A DNA stretch of 31,726 bases, taken from positions 1 to 31,726 of the IMG/VR virus record IMGVR_UViG_3300017747_005784, one strand, 5' to 3'. Numbering within the stretch: position 1 is the stretch's first letter; the number at the start of each line of letters is the position of its first letter. The notes beneath the pieces are model-generated. The model made no database searches. It saw nothing but the letters and a program-made list of their open reading frames with translations, and had not been told where the DNA came from. Source of the stretch: a virus. Lineage: Duplodnaviria > Caudoviricetes. The position numbers and the translations under genes were made by a program. Positions 1-8,694 of the stretch are shown in pieces.

Positions 1-195
1 CCATTGCGGAGCTGCAAGGGCGGCACGTTTTGCCCAAAAAGAAACTGTCCAAGTTGTCCTGCTTGTGCCAGCAGATGCGGGGGTGCGGGACAAGTAGGCA
101 CTGTCACTACTATTGAAACGCAGTGAACGTGAGATCGTGTATGCAGCGCTGGATTGAGATGCCAGCAGCAACGGATTAGCGGATCCGGGAATCAT
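1..195 (-). CDS. Tail-fibre/receptor-binding protein with LamG (concanavalin A-like) N-terminal region; 5' part only, runs off the window
   Basis: Not in the ORF track. Manual translation from ATG 195 (TGATG overlap with the upstream stop): MIPGSANPLLLASQSSAAYTISRSLRFNSSDSAYLSRTPASAGTSRTTWTVSFWAKR. The SRSLRFNS..SAYLSRTP..TWT.S.W.KR pattern is typical of phage LamG-like fibre proteins. Confidence 0.75.
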   Translation of the reverse strand, partial: MIPGSANPLLLASQSSAAYTISRSLRFNSSDSAYLSRTPASAGTSRTTWTVSFWAKRAALAAPQW

Positions 196-599
196 CAGCT
201 GATGGTGTTGGGAGCGAGAGCTGCGGTAATCCGACTAGCGGATTCCACGAAATAGGCGATCACGTTGACGCTGTTGAGCGTCGCGTTCATCGAGGGAGCG
301 CCGCCCTGGAACTTCCACGCCGACCCGTAGGCGACCGACGCAGCCGTGCTGCCGTTCTGGGTAATCACTAGACAGCCGCTTTGGCCTGCTGTCAGATTGC
401 TGGGGTTGGCCAGTGTCACCGTGCCGCCCGCCGGCAGCGTCATTGAAAAATGATTGGCCGTACTGAAATTGAGCGTGACCGTGCCACTCACCGAGCCTTG
501 CGCTGAGATCGTGCCGCGCTGGGCGGCACTGAAGGTCTGGGCCACGGCCAGGGCGGCGTACGCACTGAGGTCAGGGCCGGGGGCGAAGAAGATCGACAT
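195..599 (-). CDS. Small tail-fibre-associated beta-rich protein, paralogous to the C-terminus of 1941..2864
   Basis: 134 aa ORF coupled to both neighbours by 1-nt stop/start overlaps. Motif TFSAAQRG..TLNF..AN.F..TL..PSNLTAGQSG..ITQ..YG.AWKF.GG.P. Confidence 0.7.
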   Translation of the reverse strand: MSIFFAPGPDLSAYAALAVAQTFSAAQRGTISAQGSVSGTVTLNFSTANHFSMTLPAGGTVTLANPSNLTAGQSGCLVITQNGSTAASVAYGSAWKFQGGAPSMNATLNSVNVIAYFVESASRITAALAPNTIS

Positions 600-1873
600 C
601 AGACGTACTCGGTGACCTGGGCGGTTCCATTGGCAGAGGTCCAGATCCCGTAGATCGCATTGGTGACAATCAACTGCTGATCCAGCAACAAGAAGCCGCC
701 GGAGGGAACCTCGATGAAGGCGTTGGTTGTCGTTGCCGGTGTACTGAAGCTCAGGTAGAGCTTGGCCGTGCTGACGTTGGAGACCGAAAAGCCGCGCCTG
801 CTGCTGTTCAGCGCCAGGATCGTGACACTGGTAGCGCTGCTGCTGATACTGGTCGTCGTCGGGGTGCGGGCTGCGACCGAGGTAGGCTGGGTGGTACCAC
901 TGCCGTCGACCAGTAAGCGGGTGCTGCTGACCGTCAAGCCGGCAGGCAGCTTGCTATCCACGCTCGCAAGCGAACTGTTTGCCGTGCTCTGGTTGGCCGC
1001 CGTGGCCGCTCCAGACGGCAGCGGCAAACTAATGGCACTGATCGGCTGGGTGACACCGCTGCCGTCGACCAGTAGCCGGGTGGCACTGACTGTCAAACTG
1101 CTGGGTAGCTTGCTTTCGATGCTCGAAAGGGAGCTGTTCGCTGTGCTCTGGTTGGTTGCTGTCGCTGCTCCAGATGGTAGGGGCAGACTGGCGGCGCTGA
1201 TCGGCTGGGTGACGCCGCTGCCGTCGACCAGTAGCCGGGTGGCACTGACTGTCAAACTGCTGGGTAGCTTGCTTTCGATGCTCGAAAGGGAGCTGTTCGC
1301 TGTGCTCTGGTTGGCCGCCGTGGCCGCACCGGTCGGCAGCGCGGAGGAGGCAATCGTGATCGATTCGTCGCTGGGAGTGACATTGGCCGCGCTCGGAGCC
1401 GCAATCACCGCACTAGTGCTGAGGTTGTACCAGACCTGCGTGACTACAGGGGTGCTGGCATTGACGTCCAGGATCAGCAGCCGCGCCAGGAAATCGCCCG
1501 AGCTGTAGCCGGCGGCGCTAGCCGTGGCAACGAACAGCTCTTGGGTGACACTGCGCTGTGCTGTCGAAAGCGGCTTGAGACCGCTACCCGGAGTGGCACT
1601 GCTGCCGTCGGGGGTGGTCCAGCTGATCGTGATCGCACCGGTGCCTTCGTTGACGACATCACGGCGCACGTAATAGGCGCCGGAGTCATCCGTCCAGATA
1701 GTGCTCTCCAGATCGATCGTCGCTTTGATCGCATCACGCACTTGGGCCAGCGTGGCCTCGGTTGCTGCACCAGTAGGCAGGGCGATGCTTGTGATCGTTG
1801 TCTGAACGGCACCCCGAATCTGACGGACCGCAATCTCTTCGTAGTCGCGCCCTTCGATCCGAATGGCTGGCAT
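599..1873 (-). CDS. Ser/Thr/Ala-rich tail-fibre-like structural protein with three 53-aa tandem repeats
   Basis: Start moved to ATG 1873 (MPAIRIEG), which removes the overlap with the upstream gene and lies 26 nt downstream of a TAGAAT hexamer. Repeats LPSGAATAANQSTANSSL..KLP...VDGSGVTQPIS. Confidence 0.7.
   Translation of the reverse strand: MPAIRIEGRDYEEIAVRQIRGAVQTTITSIALPTGAATEATLAQVRDAIKATIDLESTIWTDDSGAYYVRRDVVNEGTGAITISWTTPDGSSATPGSGLKPLSTAQRSVTQELFVATASAAGYSSGDFLARLLILDVNASTPVVTQVWYNLSTSAVIAAPSAANVTPSDESITIASSALPTGAATAANQSTANSSLSSIESKLPSSLTVSATRLLVDGSGVTQPISAASLPLPSGAATATNQSTANSSLSSIESKLPSSLTVSATRLLVDGSGVTQPISAISLPLPSGAATAANQSTANSSLASVDSKLPAGLTVSSTRLLVDGSGTTQPTSVAARTPTTTSISSSATSVTILALNSSRRGFSVSNVSTAKLYLSFSTPATTTNAFIEVPSGGFLLLDQQLIVTNAIYGIWTSANGTAQVTEYV
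881..1340. repeat. In-frame 159-bp tandem repeat, about 3 copies
   Basis: Units start at about 881, 1040 and 1199 (offset 159). 1038-1155 and 1197-1314 differ at a single base; the 881 copy is more diverged. Confidence 0.95.
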
Positions 1874-1940
1874 GGGCCCGACGTAATCCCTTGACCAGCA
1901 TTCTAAGAACCAGCTCAGAGTGAGCTGTCTGGAACCGGTC

Positions 1941-2864
1941 TCAAGAAATGGAATTCGGAAGCAACGTGGCTGTGATGCGACTGGCGGACTCGGCGTAGTA
2001 ACCAATCACCGACACGCTATCCAGCGTTGAACTGATCGAGGGCGCGCCGCCAGCAAATTTCCAAGCTGTGCCATAAGCAACCGTCGCCGCTGTGCTGCTG
2101 TTCTGGGTGATGGTGATCGCGCCACTTTGACCCGCGCTCACGTTGGCTGGCGTAGCCAAGGTGACCGTGCCCCCAGCCGGCAGTGTCAAGCTGAAATTGT
2201 TGGCGCTGGCGAAATTCAGCGTGGTGGTTCCTGCGCTCACTGAGCCCAGGGCGGAAACCGTGCCGCGCTGAGCCGCGCTGTAGCTCTGCACCACATTGGT
2301 CTTGGCCGTGTTGGCGTCATAGGCCTGCACCGACACACCGATGGCATTGGTCGCCAGCGCCGCATAGGCGCCGTACGAGACGTTGCCGCCACCATCAATA
2401 CTGAGGCGCACCACCCCGCCCGTCACTAGGCCGAGTTCGTTGGCACCCAGGCGCATCAGGCCGGTATCGGCATCGCCATCGAAGGCATATCCAGGTGCGG
2501 CGGGCGAGGTGCTGTCATCACCCAAGATGGCGCCGGCCATGGTGCCGCCGCCACGAGGCAGAGCAGCAGAAGCCAAGTCGTAGGCACTCCTGACACTATT
2601 GGGCGTGGCGGCTGTGGTGGTGCTTGTGCTGCTGGTGCTGTCGAGCAACTGCACCACGCCCGCGCCGCTGGTGCTGGCGGCCACAACACGGGCGGCCTGA
2701 ATCACCGCGCTGGTGGCGGTGTTAATCAAATCAATCGTCGTGTCCCCATCCACAGGCGACGGAATCACGACATAGTTGGTGCCGATCGCCGGATCGGCCA
2801 ACAGCCTCCGGTTCCTGAGGTCGTACAAAACCGGCCGCCGCTGCGGATCGGTGGTAGTTGTCAT
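1941..2864 (-). CDS. Tail-fibre protein
   Basis: Has a phage tail-fibre repeat (GVVQLLDSTSSTSTTTAATPNSVRSAYDLA, like the GxVQLSSATxSTSExxAATPKAVKxAYD repeat), an APGYAFDGDADTG fibre motif and a C-terminal module shared with 195..599. Confidence 0.8.
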   Translation of the reverse strand: MTTTTDPQRRPVLYDLRNRRLLADPAIGTNYVVIPSPVDGDTTIDLINTATSAVIQAARVVAASTSGAGVVQLLDSTSSTSTTTAATPNSVRSAYDLASAALPRGGGTMAGAILGDDSTSPAAPGYAFDGDADTGLMRLGANELGLVTGGVVRLSIDGGGNVSYGAYAALATNAIGVSVQAYDANTAKTNVVQSYSAAQRGTVSALGSVSAGTTTLNFASANNFSLTLPAGGTVTLATPANVSAGQSGAITITQNSSTAATVAYGTAWKFAGGAPSISSTLDSVSVIGYYAESASRITATLLPNSIS

Positions 2865-2898
2865 TGGCTGCGGCCCTTTGCTTGATTCTAGAAATCAG

Positions 2899-4305
2899 CT
2901 ACGGAACAACCACTGGCGCACCAGCGGCGCCTGGCTCGACAAACTGAAGCACCGGATAGTTGAGGCTGGCAACGCTTACCTGATCCTCGAAATCCTGGAT
3001 CGCGCTGTTAAAGATCCGCAGACGCTGGCTGCCGCGCTGCAGCCACCAATCGTTTTGACGGCACCAGGTCGCTAGCGGTTTCTCGGCGTCATTCCACAGC
3101 AAGGGTCGGGCATCAGGCCGTATCGCGTCGCGGGGATCTCCGCCAGGAAACAAAATGATGCCAACAGCATCGGCAATCGTCATCGCGAAACGATCCCAGT
3201 TGATTTGGCGCAAGCGGAAATACTCCATGATCTCCTCACTGGAAAAACGCCGCTCCTGCTCGGCAGCGAATTCCAGGTAAACCCGTTCATCGCCGACGGG
3301 ATAGTCGTCGGGCTCCAGCCAGGGCACGCCGCACTCCCAGCGAATCGCGTGAATGTGTTTGCACTCCCGGCGCTCGTCACGGCGGCGCGGCAGCGTGCGC
3401 CACTGACGGTAATACCCCACACCCTGACGCTCCCAGGCCGACACCACGGGGCGTGCGGCGTTGGGCCTGGGAAATAGGTCGCGCGGCTGACCCCGATCCG
3501 GTGCTTCCAGGTTGGCCAGTGACCCGCCCAGGTGGTCCGGGCAGCAGCAGAAGAACTTGAAACTGCTGCACAAATGCCGGCTGCCATCGGCGCGCCAACT
3601 CAGCGGCGCGCTCGGGTCATAGGCCAACCGCGACCAGTAGATCCGGCCATTGCGCTGCACCCGTCCGGCAGGACGGGAGAGGTCAAACGTCAAGGTCAAG
3701 GCCGCCGCATTGACCCCGGTCAGCGTCAGGGCCAGGCTGCCGGCATCGCGCCCCACCAAATCGGCCGGGTAGCTGGGGCCACTGGCCGAGTCCTCGAACT
3801 GATCGCCGATGAAGATCGAGAACACAGCCACCTGCGCCGGGCTCAACACCCCGCTGACATCCAGTGTCAAGGTGTGATTGGCCGGGTCGGGATCGGCGGT
3901 GTTCAGCGTGATTTGGCCGCTGCTCAACGGAACCGGCAGGATGATCGAGCCACGGGTGCGGCAGCTGACGTACCAGGTCTTCTCCGGCGAAATACCTGAA
4001 GGGAATAGGGTCGTCACCTCCTTGGAGGTGCCGTCGACGGCGCCGGTGACAAATCGCGCCAAGCTGTAGATCTGAAAGTCGCCCCAACTGCGACCAGTGC
4101 CAAAGAAGTACTCCTGGCCCAGCTTCCAGCGCTTGTAGTCGGTGCTGCGGTTGTACGACTCCACCACGGTCGGGTAGGCCGTGCTGCCGTATTGCCCCAA
4201 TCCCTCGCCCTGTCGGGGATAGAGCCCCGCCGCGCGAGGAGGGCTCGACCGCTGCACCGATGACAACCCCAAGCCGCCATTGAGTCGCGGGCCGACCCCG
4301 GCCAT
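2899..4305 (-). CDS. Hypothetical tail-region protein with a SWIM-type Zn-finger-like motif
   Basis: 468 aa ORF coupled to the upstream gene (TGATG). F-C-C-C-P-D ... E-C-K-H-I-H-A matches CxC-xn-CxH. Confidence 0.6.
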   Translation of the reverse strand: MAGVGPRLNGGLGLSSVQRSSPPRAAGLYPRQGEGLGQYGSTAYPTVVESYNRSTDYKRWKLGQEYFFGTGRSWGDFQIYSLARFVTGAVDGTSKEVTTLFPSGISPEKTWYVSCRTRGSIILPVPLSSGQITLNTADPDPANHTLTLDVSGVLSPAQVAVFSIFIGDQFEDSASGPSYPADLVGRDAGSLALTLTGVNAAALTLTFDLSRPAGRVQRNGRIYWSRLAYDPSAPLSWRADGSRHLCSSFKFFCCCPDHLGGSLANLEAPDRGQPRDLFPRPNAARPVVSAWERQGVGYYRQWRTLPRRRDERRECKHIHAIRWECGVPWLEPDDYPVGDERVYLEFAAEQERRFSSEEIMEYFRLRQINWDRFAMTIADAVGIILFPGGDPRDAIRPDARPLLWNDAEKPLATWCRQNDWWLQRGSQRLRIFNSAIQDFEDQVSVASLNYPVLQFVEPGAAGAPVVVP

Positions 4306-5462
4306 CAGCCGAAGCGGCGAGCGTAATGGGCCTGGGCGACTGGCCTGGAAAGGGCGGCACTGCCGCGGGAACGCGCCATGGCCCGGGTGGAGCCGCTGCC
4401 CAAGGTCTCGACCACCGGGCCTTTGCGATTCAGGACGCTATCGGTGGCATCGATCTCCACCTGGGTGTTCACCATGGGCCGCGAGCCGCTGTTCACCCGC
4501 GCTCCACTGGTATTGGCGGCCAGCTGATCGACCCCATCACCGCTGCCGCCGCCACTGACACTGACGCCGCGGCGCAACCGGTCCAGTTGATAGCTGCTGG
4601 CTTCATCGCGGTACTGATTGGCCTGGCTGGTGGCCTCCTCCGCCTGCTGCTGCAGGCTGTTGAGGCGGGCCTGGAAGTCAGCACGCTCGCGGTCGTAGCC
4701 AGCGCGGGTATCAGCCAGGGTCTTCTCGTACTGCGATTGGATCGCGCCCCGTCCGCTGATCGCCTCATTGAGCGACTGGGTCATGCGATCGAACTGTTCT
4801 TTGTAACGGCCCAGTACCGCCTCAAACCCCGCGGCGGGATCGACGGGCTTGGACGCGACCGCGGTACCGGCCGCCGCTTTGATCTGGTCGTACAGACCGC
4901 CGCCGCCAGGCACGTTCTGCTCGCGCAGCAGGCGGCGGTTCTGATCCAGCCAGCCCAAGATCTCGCTGTCGCTGGCGCCGGAGGCCTTGGCAGCCTTGTA
5001 ATCTTCACCACCGAAATAGTCCGGGGATTGGCCGTAGGCGGTCGAGAACCGTGGCTGACTGGAACCCGAACTTGGCGGCGCTGGTTGCGGCTGAGGTGGG
5101 GGCGGAGCCGCAGCGCGCGCCTGCTTGGCCTGGTATTCCGGGCTGCCGCGGAAATCGCGCTCCAGTGAAGTCAGTTCCTCGGCCGTAAAACCGTCCTGGG
5201 CGCGAGGATCGTTGCGGGTGTAATTCGCCAGTCCGCCAGCGTCGCTACCGCGGCCCAGCACGGACTGGTACAGCTGCTCAACCTGTCGCTCCTTGCGGGC
5301 CTGGGATTCCGGCGACTGGCCAATCGAGGAGCGGATGTCATCGAGACTCAGGCCCGATGACGCGTAATTCTGCAGGCCGCCACTGTCGGCTTCGCGGCCA
5401 AGGATCGTGCGATAGATCGCCTTGATCTCGTCTTCGCGGCTGGCGTTGGCGTAGGAGCTCAT
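4305..5462 (-). CDS. Protein with two DUF4214-like repeats, Pro-rich linker and coiled coil; probable virion protein
   Basis: IKAIYRTILGREADSGGLQNY and VEQLYQSVLGRGSDAGGLANY match the Y..vLGR..D..Gl..y pattern. Central heptad Q/E/R-rich segment. Confidence 0.6.
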   Translation of the reverse strand: MSSYANASREDEIKAIYRTILGREADSGGLQNYASSGLSLDDIRSSIGQSPESQARKERQVEQLYQSVLGRGSDAGGLANYTRNDPRAQDGFTAEELTSLERDFRGSPEYQAKQARAAAPPPPQPQPAPPSSGSSQPRFSTAYGQSPDYFGGEDYKAAKASGASDSEILGWLDQNRRLLREQNVPGGGGLYDQIKAAAGTAVASKPVDPAAGFEAVLGRYKEQFDRMTQSLNEAISGRGAIQSQYEKTLADTRAGYDRERADFQARLNSLQQQAEEATSQANQYRDEASSYQLDRLRRGVSVSGGGSGDGVDQLAANTSGARVNSGSRPMVNTQVEIDATDSVLNRKGPVVETLGSGSTRAMARSRGSAALSRPVAQAHYARRFG

Positions 5463-5483
5463 CGATCGGCAACGGGCGGGCGG

Positions 5484-6023
5484 TTAGAAGAAGCCGCCCT
5501 GGGCAAACACATGCACCCGGGTGGCCGCGCTAGGGGCGCTCAGGGCAGCGCTCAAGCCGACATAAATCACTGCACCGGAGGGCACATACAGGCCGGTGTT
5601 CTTTTTGTCGGTCTCCGTGGGGTAGGTGGCCATCGTGGCTGCCGGGCTCGCCAAGTTCGGTACTGGCACGCTCAAGGGCGGCAGGCTGATGTTGACCCTC
5701 TGGCCCGCTGAGCTACCACCTGGGATCGCAGCTGAGGCGACGCAAACGGTATTGCTCGCCGCAATGCCAGCCGAAGTCGCCGCAACACTTAAAAACACCA
5801 GAACGGTGCTGGTGGTTGTCGAGGCTTCGGTGATCACCAACGACAACGAATCAACGACTGCGCCGTCATTACTGGTGCAGTCCACCAGGGTTTCGCATCC
5901 TGCGCCCAGCACGGTGTTGAAATTAGTCGCCGACGACAGGGCGGCAGCGGCTCCCAAGGTGGCAAAGGCGTGCAACGGCCGATCCACCAGGAGCGGCATT
6001 TTGTTTGAGCTCGACGTCGCCAA
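5484..6023 (-). CDS. Putative virion (tail-region) structural protein
   Basis: 179 aa, beta-strand-like and Ala/Ser/Thr-rich. TTG start with GGAGG 5 nt upstream. Confidence 0.6.
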   Translation of the reverse strand: MATSSSNKMPLLVDRPLHAFATLGAAAALSSATNFNTVLGAGCETLVDCTSNDGAVVDSLSLVITEASTTTSTVLVFLSVAATSAGIAASNTVCVASAAIPGGSSAGQRVNISLPPLSVPVPNLASPAATMATYPTETDKKNTGLYVPSGAVIYVGLSAALSAPSAATRVHVFAQGGFF

Positions 6024-6094
6024 ACGAACCTCCGATCAGCTGTAGCTGATGTCAATGAACGCCATAGCTATCAGTTTAACCGCCGCAAGATTGG

Positions 6095-6595
6095 TCAAGC
6101 CGCATCGCGGGGCACGTCCCGCTGGGGGCCGCTGGCGGTGAGCTTGGGACTGGTCGACATACCCAGCGGCGCCGGTGGCTGCAACTGCTGCGCAGCGTCG
6201 ATGCGGGCCAGGGGGCTGTTAGCTCCATAGCCATAGCCCGGCGTGCGCGACTGAGCGGCAGCATCGGCAGCGGGGGCAGCGGCTTGGATCAAGCTCGCCG
6301 CCGGTCCGGGCGTGGTCAGCAGCGGCTCTTCGCCCCGCAGAAACGTGCGGCCATCGCCATAGGGGTTGCCGTAGGTGGTCAGACCGTTGGCAATCGCGTC
6401 GTACTGAAACGTCGAAGGCACCGGCCGGGCCGATTGGAAGTTGACCGGATTGCTCGGCACCATGCCCGGTGCGGCCGTGAAATCGCTGGCGATCTGGCGG
6501 CCCTGGGCCCGGTCCTCGTACCAGCGGCCCTCCTGGGGCAGCTCGCCGCGAATGCTGCCGGTGTTGAACTTGCCCTGGGGATGACGCGTGTTCAT
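6095..6595 (-). CDS. Hypothetical protein (low complexity, Pro/Ala/Gly-rich)
   Basis: 166 aa ORF that fills the gap in a co-oriented gene string. Confidence 0.6.
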   Translation of the reverse strand: MNTRHPQGKFNTGSIRGELPQEGRWYEDRAQGRQIASDFTAAPGMVPSNPVNFQSARPVPSTFQYDAIANGLTTYGNPYGDGRTFLRGEEPLLTTPGPAASLIQAAAPAADAAAQSRTPGYGYGANSPLARIDAAQQLQPPAPLGMSTSPKLTASGPQRDVPRDAA

Positions 6596-6609
6596 GGTTC
6601 AGCGCGGAC

Positions 6610-7677
6610 TCACTGGCCGTAGGTCGGGGTGTTCAGGTCTCGCGCCGCCGGGAGAAAGCGCTTGAGCAGGGCCTCAGTCTTCTGGCTCTGCTCGGCCTGG
6701 GCCTGGTTGGCCAGCGGCAAGGGGCTATTGAAGTTCAGGTTGCTCTCCTGCGCCGTCGCCTGCGCCGCAAACTCCAGCTCACCGCCCAAGACCTGGGCAG
6801 GCTCCACCGGGAAGGCCTGGCTCGCCGGGCGCAGATCCGTTTGGGCTAGGGGGTCGCCCGCCTCCACCCAGCGGCTGCCGTCCCAGGTCTTGCCGTAGTA
6901 CTTCTCGCCCACCACCGTGCCTTCACTCTTAGGGGCGCCGGGGGCATCAGCCGCGCCCCAGGGCTGGGTGGGTGCACCAGCGGGCGCATAATCTGGCGCT
7001 TCGTCCACCGCGGCAGCAGGGCGCTGCCTGGCCAAAAAGCGGTCGACGATGTTCATGCCATCGGCGCCTTTGGGGGCATTTTTATTGGCCTCCATCCAGG
7101 CCTGGATGTCAGCGCGCTGGGCGTAGATAGGATCACGTTGGTCGAGTTGAGCCGGCAGGGAGGTGGTGGTGGAATCCCTGTCCTGGCCGCGGTAGGCAAT
7201 CACGGCATCCTGCGCCCGGGCCTGGGCGGCATTGATCGCCTCGGCCTCGGCCTCGGTCGGCACCAGACGCTGGCTGATGTTGGGTCCGCCGGCCTGCTGC
7301 AGCATGCGGTTGCGCTCGGAGCGCTCGGCCTGGCGCGCCGGTGTGGCAATCGGCGCTGTCACCAGTGGGGCCGTAGCCATGGCGCCGACCGGGCGACCAC
7401 TGCGCACGTCAAACTCTCCCACGCCTGGGACCCGGTAATTGCCGGGCGGGGTCACCGAGCGGGCAGTGGCCGCAGAGCGGATGGATGCCTCCTGAGCCAG
7501 GACAGGACGGCCCTGGACCTGGTTCAGGAAATCGGCAAACCCCTGCAGGCCGTAGGTGACCAGCCCCACCGGGTCGCGGGTCACCTCGTCCGGTGAGACA
7601 AAGCGCAGGCTGCCGTCAGCCATCCGGTAACGCTTGCCCTTGCCGGGAACATCAATCCAACCTGGTGCGCTGGGCAT
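6610..7677 (-). CDS. Hypothetical Ala/Pro/Gln-rich protein, possibly virion-associated
   Basis: ATG 7677 preferred: GGAGG lies 5 nt upstream and the upstream gene stops at 7680. Contains a KTWDGSRW hairpin-type motif. Confidence 0.65.
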   Translation of the reverse strand: MPSAPGWIDVPGKGKRYRMADGSLRFVSPDEVTRDPVGLVTYGLQGFADFLNQVQGRPVLAQEASIRSAATARSVTPPGNYRVPGVGEFDVRSGRPVGAMATAPLVTAPIATPARQAERSERNRMLQQAGGPNISQRLVPTEAEAEAINAAQARAQDAVIAYRGQDRDSTTTSLPAQLDQRDPIYAQRADIQAWMEANKNAPKGADGMNIVDRFLARQRPAAAVDEAPDYAPAGAPTQPWGAADAPGAPKSEGTVVGEKYYGKTWDGSRWVEAGDPLAQTDLRPASQAFPVEPAQVLGGELEFAAQATAQESNLNFNSPLPLANQAQAEQSQKTEALLKRFLPAARDLNTPTYGQ

Positions 7678-7679
7678 GG

Positions 7680-8165
7680 TCACCTCCAATTCATGGAACC
7701 CGTCGCCTGCAGCACGCGGGTGCCGACGGCGGTATCAGCTGGCCCCGGGACGGCCATGATGAATTCGACGCCACCGCGCTCGAAGGCGTAGCGGCGCACC
7801 TCGTCGCGGCGATAGTTCGCCACATAGAGGGTTTCGGCCAGCAGGTCCACCTCCCGCAGGTAGACCTCGCGATAATCCTTGGCGGCCTTCAGCGGATCGG
7901 ACTGGTAGATCGCCCGGTCCGTGTCACCGGTGATCCGTTCAATCCGGCTGGGCTGGGGCTGGTCCTCAACACGGAAGATCTGTGAAATGCGGTAAGCCTT
8001 GTCACAGCGGTCAAGGTGCTCGACAACCCGGGCAAAAAAATAGCTATCCGGGACACGTGCCATCGCCTCCTCCAGCCGGGCAATGTCGCCCGCCGGCAAA
8101 TTGGCACCCACGTTGTAGCCAAGGTGGAAGCGGCAGCGAGATTTGTTGTACTCGTCAAGCTCCAC
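7680..8165 (-). CDS. Putative head-tail adaptor/connector protein
   Basis: 161 aa, mostly helical, starting ELDEYNKSRCRFHLGY, located just after the capsid genes. Function inferred from position and pattern only. Confidence 0.5.
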   Translation of the reverse strand: MELDEYNKSRCRFHLGYNVGANLPAGDIARLEEAMARVPDSYFFARVVEHLDRCDKAYRISQIFRVEDQPQPSRIERITGDTDRAIYQSDPLKAAKDYREVYLREVDLLAETLYVANYRRDEVRRYAFERGGVEFIMAVPGPADTAVGTRVLQATGSMNWR

Positions 8166-8200
8166 GCTTGCGCCAAGGCACTAGGGCAATTCTAAGGTGC

Positions 8201-8632
8201 TCAGCCGACGTAGATCAGATCAGCGCCAATCACTTCGTCCCAGTCAACGCGGCCAATGCGCTTGAGCTGGTCGAGATTGCTGAACCGCTCGCCAGGGAGC
8301 GACAGTCGCAGCTCAACGATCTTCTTGGCCGTTGAATAGCCAATACCTTTAACCGCTTTGGCGATGACCTCGGCGGTGGCCGTGTTGATGTTCAGCCGAA
8401 TGTCCACAGGAATCGCGGCTTCAGGGATCGCGTCCTCGTCCAACGGTGTTTCAGCCGACTGCGGCCTCGGTACTTCACCGGTGCGACCCTTGCCGGGCTC
8501 GTAGGAGACCAACTCAACCAGGGGCACGTACTGGACGACGCCGGCTGAGTTGCGAATCATCGCGTAATCCTTGTCGTGGTGAGCGATGAACTCGACCAAC
8601 TGACCGTTCTTGATGTTCTGGTACAGCGCCAT
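8201..8632 (-). CDS. Helix-hairpin-helix (ComEA/HHH_3-like) DNA-binding domain protein
   Basis: C-terminal RLNINTATAEVIAKAVKGIGYSTAKKIVELR...FSNLDQLKRI is a ComEA-type HhH signature. Start set at ATG 8632, downstream of the terminator. Confidence 0.8.
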   Translation of the reverse strand: MALYQNIKNGQLVEFIAHHDKDYAMIRNSAGVVQYVPLVELVSYEPGKGRTGEVPRPQSAETPLDEDAIPEAAIPVDIRLNINTATAEVIAKAVKGIGYSTAKKIVELRLSLPGERFSNLDQLKRIGRVDWDEVIGADLIYVG

Positions 8633-8639
8633 AGCGAAC

Positions 8640-8671
8640 AAAAAAGGGGCGCCTGAGTAATCAGACGCCCC
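8640..8671 (-). terminator. Rho-independent terminator after the capsid/decoration genes
   Basis: Minus strand GGGGCGTCTGA-TTAC-TCAGGCGCCCC-TTTTTT: 11-bp stem with one G-U pair, followed by a U-tract. Confidence 0.85.
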
Positions 8672-8694
8672 CATTGTAGGGAAAGAAACCGAGT

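Noticed and set aside
881-1340. Repeats as a CRISPR array or DGR template/variable pair
   Set aside because: The units are contiguous in-frame 159-bp coding repeats with no spacers, no adenine-specific mismatch pattern and no reverse transcriptase nearby.
762-1508. 248 aa hydrophobic plus-strand ORF resembling a membrane protein
   Set aside because: It is the antisense shadow of the Ser/Thr/Ala-rich fibre repeats; the hydrophobicity follows from the complementary codons.
8201-8632. HhH protein as photosystem II PsbU or competence protein ComEA
   Set aside because: There is no signal peptide or membrane anchor, the context is head morphogenesis, and only the generic HhH motif is shared.
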